Below, one piece after another: positions 42,527 through 57,922 of a DNA stretch of 64,000 nt. The notes under the pieces were generated by a model. The model ran no database searches. It was given only the letters and a program-made list of their open reading frames with translations, and was not told the DNA's origin. Positions within the stretch are counted from its first letter, which is position 1. The number at the start of each line of letters is the position of its first letter. This DNA is from Escherichia coli (lineage in GTDB: Bacteria; Pseudomonadota; Gammaproteobacteria; Enterobacterales; Enterobacteriaceae), in the NCBI RefSeq assembly GCF_003018115.1, contig NZ_CP027457.1; one strand, 5' to 3'. Position numbers and translations under genes: made by a program.

Positions 42527-43335
42527 TGGAAACGTTTAATAGCCTGTTTATGGTTTCCCCGCTGTTGCTGGGAGTTCTCTTTTTTGTCGCCATGCTGGCG
42601 GGATTTATCGACTCGATTGCCGGTGGTGGTGGGTTACTCACGATTCCGGCATTAATGGCAGCGGGGATGTCTCCCGCTAATGCGCTGGCAACCAATAAAC
42701 TGCAAGCCTGCGGCGGCTCTATTTCCGCCACTATCTACTTTATTCGCCGCAAAGTGGTTAGTTTAAGCGATCAGAAACTCAATATCGCCATGACCTTTAT
42801 CGGCTCAATGAGCGGCGCACTGCTGGTGCAATACGTTCAGGCTGATGTCTTACGGCAGATTTTGCCCATTCTGGTGATTTGTATCGGCCTCTATTTCTTG
42901 CTGATGCCAAAGCTGGGTGAAGAAGACCGCCAGCGCCGGATGTACGGTTTACCCTTCGCGTTAATTGCCGGTGGCTGCGTCGGTTTTTATGATGGATTCT
43001 TTGGCCCGGCTGCCGGGTCGTTTTACGCGCTGGCCTTCGTTACGCTGTGCGGATTTAACCTCGCCAAAGCCACGGCTCACGCCAAATTGCTCAACGCAAC
43101 GTCAAACATCGGCGGTTTGCTGCTGTTTATTCTCGGCGGCAAAGTTATTTGGGCGACAGGCTTTGTGATGCTGGTGGGGCAGTTCCTCGGCGCGCGCATG
43201 GGTTCAAGACTGGTGTTGAGCAAAGGACAAAAGCTGATCCGCCCGATGATCGTTATCGTCTCGGCGGTGATGAGTGCCAAATTACTTTATGATAGCCACG
43301 GACAGGAGATCCTCCACTGGTTGGGGATGAACTAA
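42526..43335 (+). CDS. yfcA: TauE/SafE-family inner membrane protein YfcA
   Basis: 269-aa hydrophobic ORF overlapping mepA stop. Confidence 0.88.
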   Translation: METFNSLFMVSPLLLGVLFFVAMLAGFIDSIAGGGGLLTIPALMAAGMSPANALATNKLQACGGSISATIYFIRRKVVSLSDQKLNIAMTFIGSMSGALLVQYVQADVLRQILPILVICIGLYFLLMPKLGEEDRQRRMYGLPFALIAGGCVGFYDGFFGPAAGSFYALAFVTLCGFNLAKATAHAKLLNATSNIGGLLLFILGGKVIWATGFVMLVGQFLGARMGSRLVLSKGQKLIRPMIVIVSAVMSAKLLYDSHGQEILHWLGMN

Positions 43336-43883
43336 TGAACAGTACACACCACTATGAGCAGTTAATTGAAATTTTTAATAGCTGCTTTGCCGATGAATTT
43401 AATACCTGTCTAATTAAAGGCGACGACGAACCGATCTATCTTCCCGCTGATGCGGAAGTACCGTATAACCGAATCGTCTTTGCCCACGGCTTTTATGCCA
43501 GCGCAATTCATGAGATTTCGCACTGGTGTATTGCCGGGAAAGCGCGCCGCGAGCAGGTTGATTTCGGCTACTGGTATTGCCCGGACGGTCGCGATGCCCA
43601 AACGCAAAGCCAGTTTGAAGATGTTGAAGTGAAGCCGCAGGCGCTTGACTGGTTGTTCTGCGTGGCGGCGGGATATCCGTTTAACGTCAGTTGCGACAAT
43701 CTGGAAGGCGACTTCGAACCGGATCGTGTGGTGTTTCAACGGAGAGTACATGCGCAGGTGATGGATTATCTGACAAATGGCATTCCGGAACGCCCGGCAC
43801 GCTTCATTAAAGCACTACAAAATTATTATCACACGCCGGAACTTACGGCGGAACAGTTCCCGTGGCCGGAAGCGCTCAACTGA
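43335..43883 (+). CDS. epmC: Elongation factor P hydroxylase EpmC
   Basis: 182-aa ORF translationally coupled to yfcA. Confidence 0.85.
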   Translation: MNSTHHYEQLIEIFNSCFADEFNTCLIKGDDEPIYLPADAEVPYNRIVFAHGFYASAIHEISHWCIAGKARREQVDFGYWYCPDGRDAQTQSQFEDVEVKPQALDWLFCVAAGYPFNVSCDNLEGDFEPDRVVFQRRVHAQVMDYLTNGIPERPARFIKALQNYYHTPELTAEQFPWPEALN

Positions 43884-43916
43884 AGCCAGCGCCACGTTTT
43901 ACAATGAGGAAAGAAG

Positions 43917-44195
43917 ATGATCGCGGAGTTTGAATCACGCATTCTGGCATTAATCGACGGTATGGTTGACCATGCCAGTGATGATGAGTTGTTTGCCAGT
44001 GGGTATTTGCGTGGCCACCTGACATTAGCCATCGCAGAACTGGAAAGTGGTGATGACCACTCCGCTCAGGCGGTGCATACGACCGTTAGCCAGAGTCTGG
44101 AAAAAGCCATTGGTGCTGGTGAATTGTCGCCGCGTGACCAGGCGCTGGTGACCGATATGTGGGAAAACCTGTTTCAGCAGGCGTCACAGCAGTAA
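43917..44195 (+). CDS. yfcL: Small conserved protein YfcL
   Basis: 92-aa ORF downstream of epmC. Confidence 0.8.
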
Positions 44196-44201
44196 GTTGC
44201 G

Positions 44202-44310
<109 letters not shown>

Positions 44311-44315
44311 GCTGG

Positions 44316-46388
<2,073 letters not shown>

Positions 46389-46397
46389 CTATTAATT

Positions 46398-46414
46398 GGC
46401 TGATCGGACTTGTT
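46398..46414. promoter_or_regulatory. Putative FadR activator site in fabB promoter
   Basis: ggctgatcggacttgtt matches ANCTGGTCNGACNTGTT. Confidence 0.55.
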
Positions 46415-46417
46415 CGG

Positions 46418-46432
46418 CGTACAAGTGTACGC
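46418..46432. promoter_or_regulatory. Putative FabR operator (palindrome GCGTACA-AG-TGTACGC)
   Basis: Palindromic arms (GCGTACA / TGTACGC) immediately downstream of the FadR site upstream of fabB. Confidence 0.55.
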
Positions 46433-46480
46433 TATTGTGCATTCGAAACTTACTCTATGTGCGACTTACAGAGGTATTGA

Positions 46481-47701
46481 ATGAAACGTGCAGTGATTAC
46501 TGGCCTGGGCATTGTTTCCAGCATCGGTAATAACCAGCAGGAAGTCCTGGCATCTCTGCGTGAAGGACGTTCAGGGATCACTTTCTCTCAGGAGCTGAAG
46601 GATTCCGGCATGCGTAGCCACGTCTGGGGCAACGTAAAACTGGATACCACTGGCCTCATTGACCGCAAAGTTGTGCGCTTTATGAGCGACGCATCCATTT
46701 ATGCATTCCTTTCTATGGAGCAGGCAATCGCAGATGCGGGCCTTTCTCCGGAAGCTTACCAGAATAACCCGCGCGTTGGCCTGATTGCAGGTTCCGGCGG
46801 CGGCTCCCCGCGTTTCCAGGTGTTCGGCGCTGACGCAATGCGCGGTCCGCGCGGCCTGAAAGCGGTTGGCCCATATGTGGTCACCAAAGCGATGGCATCC
46901 GGCGTTTCTGCCTGCCTCGCCACCCCGTTTAAAATTCATGGCGTTAACTACTCCATCAGCTCCGCGTGTGCGACTTCCGCACACTGTATCGGTAACGCAG
47001 TAGAGCAGATCCAACTGGGCAAACAGGACATCGTGTTTGCTGGCGGCGGCGAAGAGCTGTGCTGGGAAATGGCTTGCGAATTCGACGCAATGGGTGCGCT
47101 GTCTACTAAATACAACGACACCCCGGAAAAAGCCTCCCGTACTTACGACGCTCACCGTGACGGTTTCGTTATCGCTGGCGGCGGCGGTATGGTAGTGGTT
47201 GAAGAGCTGGAACACGCGCTGGCGCGTGGTGCTCACATCTATGCTGAAATCGTTGGCTACGGCGCAACGTCTGATGGCGCAGACATGGTTGCTCCGTCTG
47301 GCGAAGGTGCAGTACGTTGTATGCAGATGGCGATGCATGGCGTTGATACCCCAATCGATTACCTGAACTCCCACGGCACTTCGACTCCGGTTGGCGACGT
47401 GAAAGAGCTGGCAGCTATCCGTGAAGTGTTCGGCGATAAGAGCCCGGCGATCTCTGCAACCAAAGCCATGACCGGTCACTCTCTGGGCGCTGCTGGCGTA
47501 CAGGAAGCTATCTACTCTCTGCTGATGCTGGAACACGGCTTTATCGCCCCGAGCATCAACATTGAAGAGCTGGACGAGCAGGCTGCGGGTCTGAACATCG
47601 TGACCGAAACGACCGATCGCGAACTGACCACTGTTATGTCTAACAGCTTCGGCTTCGGCGGCACCAACGCCACGCTGGTAATGCGCAAGCTGAAAGATTA
47701 A
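46481..47701 (+). CDS. fabB: 3-oxoacyl-ACP synthase I (KAS I)
   Basis: 406-aa ORF with active-site Cys region [10 protein letters not shown]. Confidence 0.96.
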   Translation: MKRAVITGLGIVSSIGNNQQEVLASLREGRSGITFSQELKDSGMRSHVWGNVKLDTTGLIDRKVVRFMSDASIYAFLSMEQAIADAGLSPEAYQNNPRVGLIAGSGGGSPRFQVFGADAMRGPRGLKAVGPYVVTKAMASGVSACLATPFKIHGVNYSISSACATSAHCIGNAVEQIQLGKQDIVFAGGGEELCWEMACEFDAMGALSTKYNDTPEKASRTYDAHRDGFVIAGGGGMVVVEELEHALARGAHIYAEIVGYGATSDGADMVAPSGEGAVRCMQMAMHGVDTPIDYLNSHGTSTPVGDVKELAAIREVFGDKSPAISATKAMTGHSLGAAGVQEAIYSLLMLEHGFIAPSINIEELDEQAAGLNIVTETTDRELTTVMSNSFGFGGTNATLVMRKLKD

Positions 47702-47705
47702 TTCG

Positions 47706-47790
47706 CAGTAGGTCGGAGTAGTCGGAGTAGGTCGGATAAGACGCGCCAGCGTCGCATCCGACGTTACGCGCCAATGCGGCCTCCGGCACT
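47706..47790. repeat. REP elements
   Basis: taggtcggataagacgcgccagcgtcgcatccgac and related REP copies. Confidence 0.75.
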
Positions 47791-47981
47791 AACGCCAAAG
47801 GGAACCCGATGGTTCCCTTTTTCACATCATTGACAATCGCCGCCTGTTCCAGGCAAACTTCCCGCTTTGTCGATTTCCTTCTGAAAAGACGTACGCGTTA
47901 ATTCCTGCCAACGCACCGTAACCCTGAAACCAGAGAGATGAGACGGGGATACTCCTCGCCTTGCGCTGCATTCTGGAGTAA

Positions 47982-50155
<2,174 letters not shown>

Positions 50156-50253
50156 TACGTATCCTTATACCTGAAATCTTCGCAAGTATGCCTGGCCGCG
50201 AGATTATGGCACACTTGTCCGGTTAACTCTCGTCTCATACAGGTAACACAAAC

Positions 50254-51390
50254 GTGAAAATCCTTGTTGATGAAAATATGCCTTATGCCCGCGACTTATT
50301 TAGCCGTTTGGGTGAGGTGACCGCGGTTCCCGGGCGTCCAATCCCCGTCGCTCAACTGGCAGACGCGGATGCGCTGATGGTGCGTTCGGTCACGAAAGTG
50401 AATGAATCTTTGCTGGCAGGAAAACCCATTAAATTTGTTGGCACTGCCACTGCGGGGACCGACCATGTCGATGAAGCATGGTTGAAGCAGGCGGGAATTG
50501 GTTTTTCCGCTGCACCTGGCTGTAATGCGATTGCGGTGGTGGAATATGTTTTCTCCTCCCTGCTGATGCTTGCCGAACGCGATGGATTTTCACTGCACGA
50601 GCGTACCGTGGGGATCGTAGGCGTTGGTAACGTTGGTCGACGTTTACAGGCACGACTGGAAGCGTTAGGGATTAAAACCTTACTTTGCGATCCGCCTCGC
50701 GCCGACCGTGGGGATGAGGGTGATTTCCGCTCGCTGGATGAATTAGTTCAGCATGCGGATATTCTGACTTTCCATACGCCACTCTTCAAAGACGGGCCGT
50801 ACAAAACGCTGCATCTGGCGGATGAAAAACTGATCCGTAACCTGAAGCCCGGAGCGATTCTGATTAACGCCTGCCGTGGCGCAGTCGTCGATAATACCGC
50901 GCTGCTGACCTGCCTGAATGAAGGCCAGAAGTTAAGCGTGGTGCTGGATGTCTGGGAAGGCGAGCCGGAACTAAATGTGGAATTGCTGACAAAAGTGGAT
51001 ATCGGCACGCCGCATATTGCAGGCTATACCCTGGAAGGTAAAGCACGCGGTACTACGCAAGTGTTTGAAGCCTATAGCAAGTTTATTGGGCATGAACAGC
51101 ACGTTGCGCTGGATACATTACTGCCCGCGCCAGAGTTTGGTCGCATTACGCTGCATGGCCCGCTCGATCAACCGACGCTGAAAAGGCTGGTGCATTTGGT
51201 GTATGATGTGCGCCGCGATGACGCACCGCTGCGTAAAGTCGCCGGGATACCGGGTGAGTTCGATAAACTGCGCAAAAACTATCTTGAGCGCCGTGAATGG
51301 TCATCTCTGTATGTAATTTGTGATGACGCCAGTGCGGCATCATTGCTGTGTAAACTGGGTTTTAACGCCGTTCATCATCCGGCACGTTAA
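50254..51390 (+). CDS. pdxB: Erythronate-4-phosphate dehydrogenase
   Basis: 378-aa ORF, GTG start, NAD-binding GVGNVGRR. Confidence 0.92.
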   Translation: MKILVDENMPYARDLFSRLGEVTAVPGRPIPVAQLADADALMVRSVTKVNESLLAGKPIKFVGTATAGTDHVDEAWLKQAGIGFSAAPGCNAIAVVEYVFSSLLMLAERDGFSLHERTVGIVGVGNVGRRLQARLEALGIKTLLCDPPRADRGDEGDFRSLDELVQHADILTFHTPLFKDGPYKTLHLADEKLIRNLKPGAILINACRGAVVDNTALLTCLNEGQKLSVVLDVWEGEPELNVELLTKVDIGTPHIAGYTLEGKARGTTQVFEAYSKFIGHEQHVALDTLLPAPEFGRITLHGPLDQPTLKRLVHLVYDVRRDDAPLRKVAGIPGEFDKLRKNYLERREWSSLYVICDDASAASLLCKLGFNAVHHPAR

Positions 51391-51455
51391 TCTCTTCTTC
51401 ATGCTCTCTGCTGTAACATTGGCAGGGAGCTTTGCTATTTCTGGAGTAAACCACC

Positions 51456-52469
51456 ATGTCTGAAGGCTGGAACATTGCCGTCCTGGGCGCAACTGGCGCT
51501 GTGGGCGAAGCCCTGCTTGAAACGCTGGCTGAACGTCAGTTCCCGGTTGGGGAAATTTATGCACTGGCACGTAACGAAAGCGCAGGCGAACAACTGCGCT
51601 TTGGTGGTAAGACAATCACCGTGCAGGATGCTGCTGAATTCGACTGGACGCAGGCGCAGCTGGCATTTTTTGTCGCAGGCAAAGAAGCTACCGCAGCCTG
51701 GGTTGAAGAAGCGACCAACTCAGGTTGCCTGGTGATCGACAGCAGCGGATTGTTTGCTCTCGAACCCGACGTACCGCTGGTGGTGCCGGAAGTAAACCCG
51801 TTTGTACTGACCGATTACCGCAACCGGAATGTCATCGCCGTACCGGACAGTCTGACCAGCCAGCTGCTGGCGGCACTGAAACCGTTAATCGATCAGGGCG
51901 GTTTATCACGTATCAGCGTTACCAGCCTGATTTCAGCCTCCGCCCAGGGCAAAAAAGCGGTCGATGCGTTAGCGGGGCAGAGTGCTAAATTGCTCAACGG
52001 CATTCCGATTGACGAAGAAGATTTCTTCGGGCGTCAGCTGGCGTTCAACATGCTGCCGTTACTGCCGGATAGCGAAGGTAGCGTGCGTGAAGAACGTCGT
52101 ATCGTTGACGAAGTACGCAAAATCCTGCAGGACGAAGGACTGATGATTTCGGCAAGCGTCGTCCAGGCACCGGTATTCTACGGTCATGCCCAGATGGTCA
52201 ACTTTGAAGCACTGCGTCCGCTGGCGGCAGAAGAAGCGCGTGATGCGTTTGCTCAAGGCGAAGATATTGTGCTCTCTGAAGAGAACGAATTCCCAACTCA
52301 GGTAGGTGATGCTTCTGGTACGCCGCATCTTTCTGTTGGCTGCGTGCGTAATGACTACGGTATGCCGGAGCAAGTCCAGTTCTGGTCGGTGGCCGATAAC
52401 GTTCGCTTTGGCGGCGCGCTGATGGCAGTAAAAATCGCCGAGAAACTGGTGCAGGAGTATCTGTACTAA
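51456..52469 (+). CDS. usg: Aspartate-semialdehyde dehydrogenase homolog Usg
   Basis: 337-aa ORF, N-terminal GATGAVG Rossmann motif. Confidence 0.88.
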
Positions 52470-53281
52470 TGTCCGACCAGCAACAACCGCCAGTTTATAA
52501 AATTGCGCTGGGCATTGAGTACGACGGCAGTAGGTATTACGGCTGGCAACGGCAGAATGAAGTCCGCAGTGTGCAGGAGAAGCTGGAAAAGGCGCTCTCT
52601 CAGGTGGCGAACGAACCCATCACCGTCTTCTGCGCCGGGCGTACTGACGCCGGTGTACACGGTACCGGGCAGGTGGTGCATTTCGAAACTACCGCGCAGC
52701 GCAAAGACGCTGCGTGGACGTTGGGCGTAAATGCGAATTTACCTGGTGACATCGCCGTGCGTTGGGTTAAAGCTGTACCTGATGATTTTCATGCCCGATT
52801 TAGCGCCACGGCTCGCCGTTATCGCTACATCATCTACAATCATCGGCTGCGCCCGGCGGTACTGAGTAAAGGGGTAACCCATTTTTACGAACCGCTGGAC
52901 GCTGAACGGATGCATCGGGCTGCGCAATGCTTGCTGGGCGAGAATGATTTCACCTCGTTCCGTGCGGTGCAGTGCCAGTCCCGAACCCCGTGGCGCAACG
53001 TTATGCATATTAATGTCACGCGTCACGGTCCTTATGTGGTGGTAGATATCAAAGCGAATGCCTTTGTACATCATATGGTCAGGAATATTGTCGGCAGCCT
53101 GATGGAAGTCGGTGCCCACAACCAGCCGGAGAGCTGGATAGCAGAGTTGCTGGCGGCAAAGGACAGAACGCTGGCGGCAGCAACGGCAAAAGCGGAAGGG
53201 CTGTATCTGGTCGCGGTGGATTACCCTGACCGGTATGATCTTCCAAAACCGCCAATGGGCCCGCTATTTCTGGCGGACTAA
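52469..53281 (+). CDS. truA: tRNA pseudouridine(38-40) synthase TruA
   Basis: 270-aa ORF, catalytic motif GRTDAGVH. Confidence 0.93.
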
Positions 53282-53301
53282 CGAGAATAACGCTCGTAAC
53301 A

Positions 53302-53336
53302 TTTCAGGCTGTAGCCAACGTAGTTACAGCCTGAAA
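53302..53336. other. Intergenic stem-loop between truA and dedA
   Basis: Inverted repeat ttcaggctgta..tacagcctgaa without a U-run. Confidence 0.3.
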
Positions 53337-53363
53337 GATGACGAGTACAAGGCATAGGCAAAT

Positions 53364-54023
53364 ATGGACCTGATTTATTTCCTCATCGATTTTATCCTGC
53401 ACATTGACGTGCATCTGGCAGAGCTGGTCGCGGAGTACGGCGTCTGGGTTTATGCCATTTTGTTCTTAATTTTGTTCTGTGAAACCGGTCTGGTGGTAAC
53501 GCCGTTTTTACCGGGTGATTCATTGCTGTTTGTTGCCGGAGCGTTGGCATCACTGGAAACCAACGATCTCAACGTCCATATGATGGTGGTGCTGATGCTG
53601 ATCGCCGCGATTGTGGGTGACGCGGTCAATTACACTATCGGGCGGTTGTTCGGTGAAAAGTTGTTCAGTAATCCCAATTCGAAAATTTTCCGTCGCAGTT
53701 ATCTCGACAAAACCCATCAGTTTTATGAGAAACATGGCGGCAAAACGATTATTCTCGCCCGTTTTGTGCCGATCGTCAGAACGTTCGCCCCGTTTGTTGC
53801 GGGAATGGGCCACATGTCGTACCGTCATTTCGCCGCTTATAACGTGATCGGCGCACTGTTGTGGGTACTGCTTTTTACCTACGCAGGCTATTTCTTCGGT
53901 ACAATCCCGATGGTTCAGGATAACCTTAAGCTGCTGATCGTCGGGATTATTGTGGTTTCTATATTGCCGGGTGTCATCGAAATAATCCGTCACAAACGCG
54001 CTGCGGCACGCGCCGCAAAATAA
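53364..54023 (+). CDS. dedA: DedA-family inner membrane protein
   Basis: 219-aa hydrophobic ORF. Confidence 0.9.
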   Translation: MDLIYFLIDFILHIDVHLAELVAEYGVWVYAILFLILFCETGLVVTPFLPGDSLLFVAGALASLETNDLNVHMMVVLMLIAAIVGDAVNYTIGRLFGEKLFSNPNSKIFRRSYLDKTHQFYEKHGGKTIILARFVPIVRTFAPFVAGMGHMSYRHFAAYNVIGALLWVLLFTYAGYFFGTIPMVQDNLKLLIVGIIVVSILPGVIEIIRHKRAAARAAK

Positions 54024-54178
54024 AAAGTAACTCCGCGGTTCGACCACTTTTTTATCCAAAGTTTCGGGCTGTTATGTTTTAATGTGCAACATTCATGGTC
54101 TGTTGGGGGCAAAAATGGCATTATGCGTCCCCAAAGATAAAACTGGCATCGAACCAGGTTCAGACAGAAAGGTCCCTA

Positions 54179-55093
54179 ATGAGCTGGATTGAACGAATTA
54201 AAAGCAACATTACTCCCACCCGCAAGGCGAGCATTCCTGAAGGGGTGTGGACTAAGTGTGATAGCTGCGGTCAGGTTTTATACCGCGCTGAGCTGGAACG
54301 TAATCTTGAGGTCTGTCCGAAGTGTGACCATCACATGCGTATGACAGCGCGTAATCGCCTGCATAGCCTGTTAGATGAAGGAAGCCTTGTGGAGCTGGGT
54401 AGCGAGCTTGAGCCGAAAGATGTGCTGAAGTTTCGTGACTCCAAGAAGTATAAAGACCGTCTGGCATCTGCGCAGAAAGAAACCGGCGAAAAAGATGCGC
54501 TGGTGGTGATGAAAGGCACTCTGTATGGAATGCCGGTTGTCGCTGCGGCATTCGAGTTCGCCTTTATGGGCGGTTCAATGGGGTCTGTTGTGGGTGCACG
54601 TTTCGTGCGTGCCGTTGAGCAGGCGCTGGAAGATAACTGCCCGCTGATCTGCTTCTCCGCCTCTGGTGGCGCACGTATGCAGGAAGCACTGATGTCGCTG
54701 ATGCAGATGGCGAAAACCTCTGCGGCACTGGCAAAAATGCAGGAGCGCGGCTTGCCGTACATCTCCGTGCTGACCGACCCGACGATGGGCGGTGTTTCTG
54801 CAAGTTTCGCCATGCTGGGCGATCTCAACATCGCTGAACCGAAAGCGTTAATTGGCTTTGCCGGTCCGCGTGTTATCGAACAGACCGTTCGCGAAAAACT
54901 GCCGCCAGGATTCCAGCGCAGTGAATTCCTGATCGAGAAAGGCGCCATCGACATGATCGTCCGTCGTCCGGAAATGCGCCTGAAACTGGCGAGCATTCTG
55001 GCGAAGTTGATGAATCTGCCAGCGCCGAATCCTGAAGCGCCGCGTGAAGGCGTAGTGGTACCCCCGGTACCGGATCAGGAACCTGAGGCCTGA
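54179..55093 (+). CDS. accD: Acetyl-CoA carboxylase carboxyltransferase beta subunit
   Basis: ORF-track frame 54095..55093; start placed at [11 protein letters not shown] (304 aa); Zn-ribbon CDSCG..CPKCDHH. Confidence 0.95.
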
Positions 55094-55103
55094 TAACTGA
55101 TAA

Positions 55104-55131
55104 GGGCAGGGCCACTGGCTCTGCCCTTTTG
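55104..55131 (+). terminator. Rho-independent terminator after accD
   Basis: gggcag..ctgccc stem followed by TTTT. Confidence 0.55.
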
Positions 55132-55162
55132 CTATTCTCACCGTAACGAATCAGCGGATACC

Positions 55163-56431
55163 ATGATTATCAAACGCACTCCTCAAGCCGCGTCGCCTCT
55201 GGCTTCGTGGCTTTCTTATCTGGAAAACCTGCACAGTAAAACTATCGATCTCGGCCTTGAGCGCGTGAGCCAGGTCGCGGCGCGTCTTGGCGTCCTGAAA
55301 CCAGCGCCATTTGTGTTTACCGTTGCGGGTACGAATGGCAAAGGCACCACCTGCCGTACGCTGGAGTCGATTCTGATGGCGGCAGGGTACAAAGTGGGCG
55401 TCTACAGTTCGCCTCATCTGGTGCGTTATACCGAGCGCGTACGTGTGCAGGGCCAGGAATTGCCGGAATCGGCCCACACCGCCTCTTTTGCGGAGATTGA
55501 ATCGGCACGCGGTGATATTTCCCTGACCTATTTCGAGTACGGTACGCTGTCGGCGTTGTGGCTGTTCAAGCAGGCACAACTTGACGTGGTGATTCTGGAA
55601 GTAGGGCTGGGCGGTCGTCTGGACGCAACCAATATTGTCGATGCCGATGTCGCGGTAGTAACCAGTATTGCGCTGGATCATACCGACTGGCTGGGTCCAG
55701 ATCGCGAAAGTATTGGTCGCGAGAAAGCAGGCATCTTCCGCAGCGAAAAACCGGCAATTGTCGGTGAGCCGGAAATGCCTTCTACCATTGCTGATGTGGC
55801 GCAGGAAAAAGGTGCACTGTTACAACGTCGGGGCGTTGAGTGGAACTATTCCGTCACCGATCATGACTGGGCGTTTAGCGATGCTCACGGCACGCTGGAA
55901 AACCTGCCGTTGCCGCTTGTCCCGCAACCGAATGCCGCAACGGCGCTGGCGGCACTGCGTGCCAGCGGGCTGGAGGTCAGTGAAAATGCCATTCGCGACG
56001 GGATTGCCAGCGCAATTTTGCCGGGACGTTTCCAGATTGTGAGCGAGTCGCCACGCGTTATTTTTGATGTCGCGCATAATCCACATGCGGCGGAATATCT
56101 CACCGGGCGTATGAAAGCGCTACCGAAAAACGGGCGCGTGCTGGCGGTTATCGGTATGCTACATGATAAAGATATTGCCGGAACTCTGGCCTGGTTGAAA
56201 AGCGTGGTTGATGACTGGTATTGTGCGCCACTGGAAGGGCCGCGCGGTGCCACGGCAGAACAACTGCTTGAGCATTTGGGTAACGGCAAATCATTTGATA
56301 GCGTTGCGCAGGCATGGGATGCCGCAATGGCGGACGCTAAAGCGGAAGACACCGTGCTGGTGTGTGGTTCTTTCCACACGGTCGCACATGTCATGGAAGT
56401 GATTGACGCGAGGAGAAGCGGTGGCAAGTAA
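55163..56431 (+). CDS. folC: Dihydrofolate synthase / folylpolyglutamate synthase
   Basis: 422-aa ORF with P-loop GTNGKGT. Confidence 0.93.
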   Translation: MIIKRTPQAASPLASWLSYLENLHSKTIDLGLERVSQVAARLGVLKPAPFVFTVAGTNGKGTTCRTLESILMAAGYKVGVYSSPHLVRYTERVRVQGQELPESAHTASFAEIESARGDISLTYFEYGTLSALWLFKQAQLDVVILEVGLGGRLDATNIVDADVAVVTSIALDHTDWLGPDRESIGREKAGIFRSEKPAIVGEPEMPSTIADVAQEKGALLQRRGVEWNYSVTDHDWAFSDAHGTLENLPLPLVPQPNAATALAALRASGLEVSENAIRDGIASAILPGRFQIVSESPRVIFDVAHNPHAAEYLTGRMKALPKNGRVLAVIGMLHDKDIAGTLAWLKSVVDDWYCAPLEGPRGATAEQLLEHLGNGKSFDSVAQAWDAAMADAKAEDTVLVCGSFHTVAHVMEVIDARRSGGK

Positions 56432-57083
56432 GTTTCAGAATCGGTTAGTGGGCACGATCGTGCTGGTGGCGCTGGGGGTGATTGTACTTCCAGGGCTGCT
56501 GGACGGGCAGAAAAAACATTATCAGGATGAGTTTGCGGCTATCCCGCTGGTTCCAAAAGCGGGCGATCGCGATGAGCCTGATATGATGCCAGCCGCCACC
56601 CAGGCGTTGCCGACGCAGCCGCCGGAAGGCGCAGCGGAAGAGGTGCGGGCAGGTGATGCCGCAGCACCGTCGCTCGATCCGGCCACTATTGCAGCCAATA
56701 ACACCGAGTTTGAACCGGAACCTGCACCGGTCGCCCCACCGAAGCCGAAACCGGTGGAGCCGCCTAAACCGAAGGTTGAAGCACCACCTGCGCCGAAGCC
56801 AGAACCGAAGCCGGTCGTGGAAGAAAAAGCTGCACCGACGGGTAAAGCCTATGTTGTGCAACTGGGGGCGCTGAAAAATGCCGATAAAGTGAATGAGATT
56901 GTCGGTAAGCTGCGCGGTGCCGGTTATCGGGTTTATACGTCGCCATCCACGCCAGTGCAGGGTAAAATTACCCGTATTCTGGTTGGGCCAGATGCCTCGA
57001 AAGATAAGCTGAAGGGATCGCTGGGTGAGTTGAAGCAACTTTCTGGCTTAAGTGGCGTGGTAATGGGCTATACGCCGAATTAA
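56421..57083 (+). CDS. dedD: Cell-division SPOR-domain protein DedD
   Basis: ORF-track frame 56403..57083; GTG start placed at (M)ASKFQNRLVG with RBS aggag; Pro/Lys-rich linker, C-terminal SPOR domain; overlaps folC end. Confidence 0.85.
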   Translation: MASKFQNRLVGTIVLVALGVIVLPGLLDGQKKHYQDEFAAIPLVPKAGDRDEPDMMPAATQALPTQPPEGAAEEVRAGDAAAPSLDPATIAANNTEFEPEPAPVAPPKPKPVEPPKPKVEAPPAPKPEPKPVVEEKAAPTGKAYVVQLGALKNADKVNEIVGKLRGAGYRVYTSPSTPVQGKITRILVGPDASKDKLKGSLGELKQLSGLSGVVMGYTPN

Positions 57084-57089
57084 TACGGT

Positions 57090-57245
<156 letters not shown>

Positions 57246-57325
57246 TGCCGCAAAGGCATAAAAAGTCGATGGCGTTGAATATTTTTTCAGCGCCATTTTT
57301 ATTGATGCGCGGGAAGGAAATCCCT

Positions 57326-57341
57326 ACGCAAACGTTTTCTT
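57326..57341. promoter_or_regulatory. PurR box upstream of cvpA-purF
   Basis: acgcaaacgttttctt matches PurR consensus ACGCAAACGTTTTCNT. Confidence 0.7.
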
Positions 57342-57397
57342 TTTCTGTTAGAATGCGCCCCGAACAGGATGACAGGGCGTAAAATCGTGGGACACAT

Positions 57398-57886
57398 ATG
57401 GTCTGGATTGATTACGCCATAATCGCGGTGATTGCTTTTTCCTCTCTGGTTAGCCTGATCCGCGGCTTTGTTCGTGAAGCGTTATCGCTGGTGACATGGG
57501 GGTGTGCTTTCTTTGTTGCCAGTCATTACTACACTTACCTGTCAGTCTGGTTTACGGGCTTTGAAGACGAACTGGTTCGAAATGGGATTGCCATCGCGGT
57601 ACTGTTTATCGCTACCCTGATCGTTGGTGCTATCGTGAACTTCGTGATAGGCCAGCTGGTGGAGAAAACGGGGTTGTCAGGCACCGATCGGGTGCTGGGC
57701 GTCTGTTTCGGTGCGTTGCGCGGTGTGTTGATTGTTGCTGCCATTCTCTTCTTTCTCGACTCCTTTACCGGGGTGTCGAAAAGCGAAGACTGGAGCAAAT
57801 CACAGCTGATCCCGCAGTTCAGTTTTATCATCAGATGGTTTTTTGATTATCTGCAAAGCTCGTCAAGTTTCTTGCCCAGAGCGTAA
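57398..57886 (+). CDS. cvpA: Colicin V production membrane protein CvpA
   Basis: 162-aa hydrophobic ORF immediately upstream of purF. Confidence 0.9.
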   Translation: MVWIDYAIIAVIAFSSLVSLIRGFVREALSLVTWGCAFFVASHYYTYLSVWFTGFEDELVRNGIAIAVLFIATLIVGAIVNFVIGQLVEKTGLSGTDRVLGVCFGALRGVLIVAAILFFLDSFTGVSKSEDWSKSQLIPQFSFIIRWFFDYLQSSSSFLPRA

Positions 57887-57922
57887 GTGCTCTGAGATGT
57901 GGCTTAACGAGGAAAAAGACGT

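Noticed and set aside
46571-47536. 321-aa ORF antisense to fabB
   Set aside because: Lies wholly inside a confidently identified, highly expressed gene on the opposite strand; no RBS or start context; long antisense ORFs are common in GC-rich codon-biased genes.
54331-57038. Antisense ORFs (176-221 aa) across accD, folC and dedD
   Set aside because: All embedded in known genes on the opposite strand; no start or RBS support.
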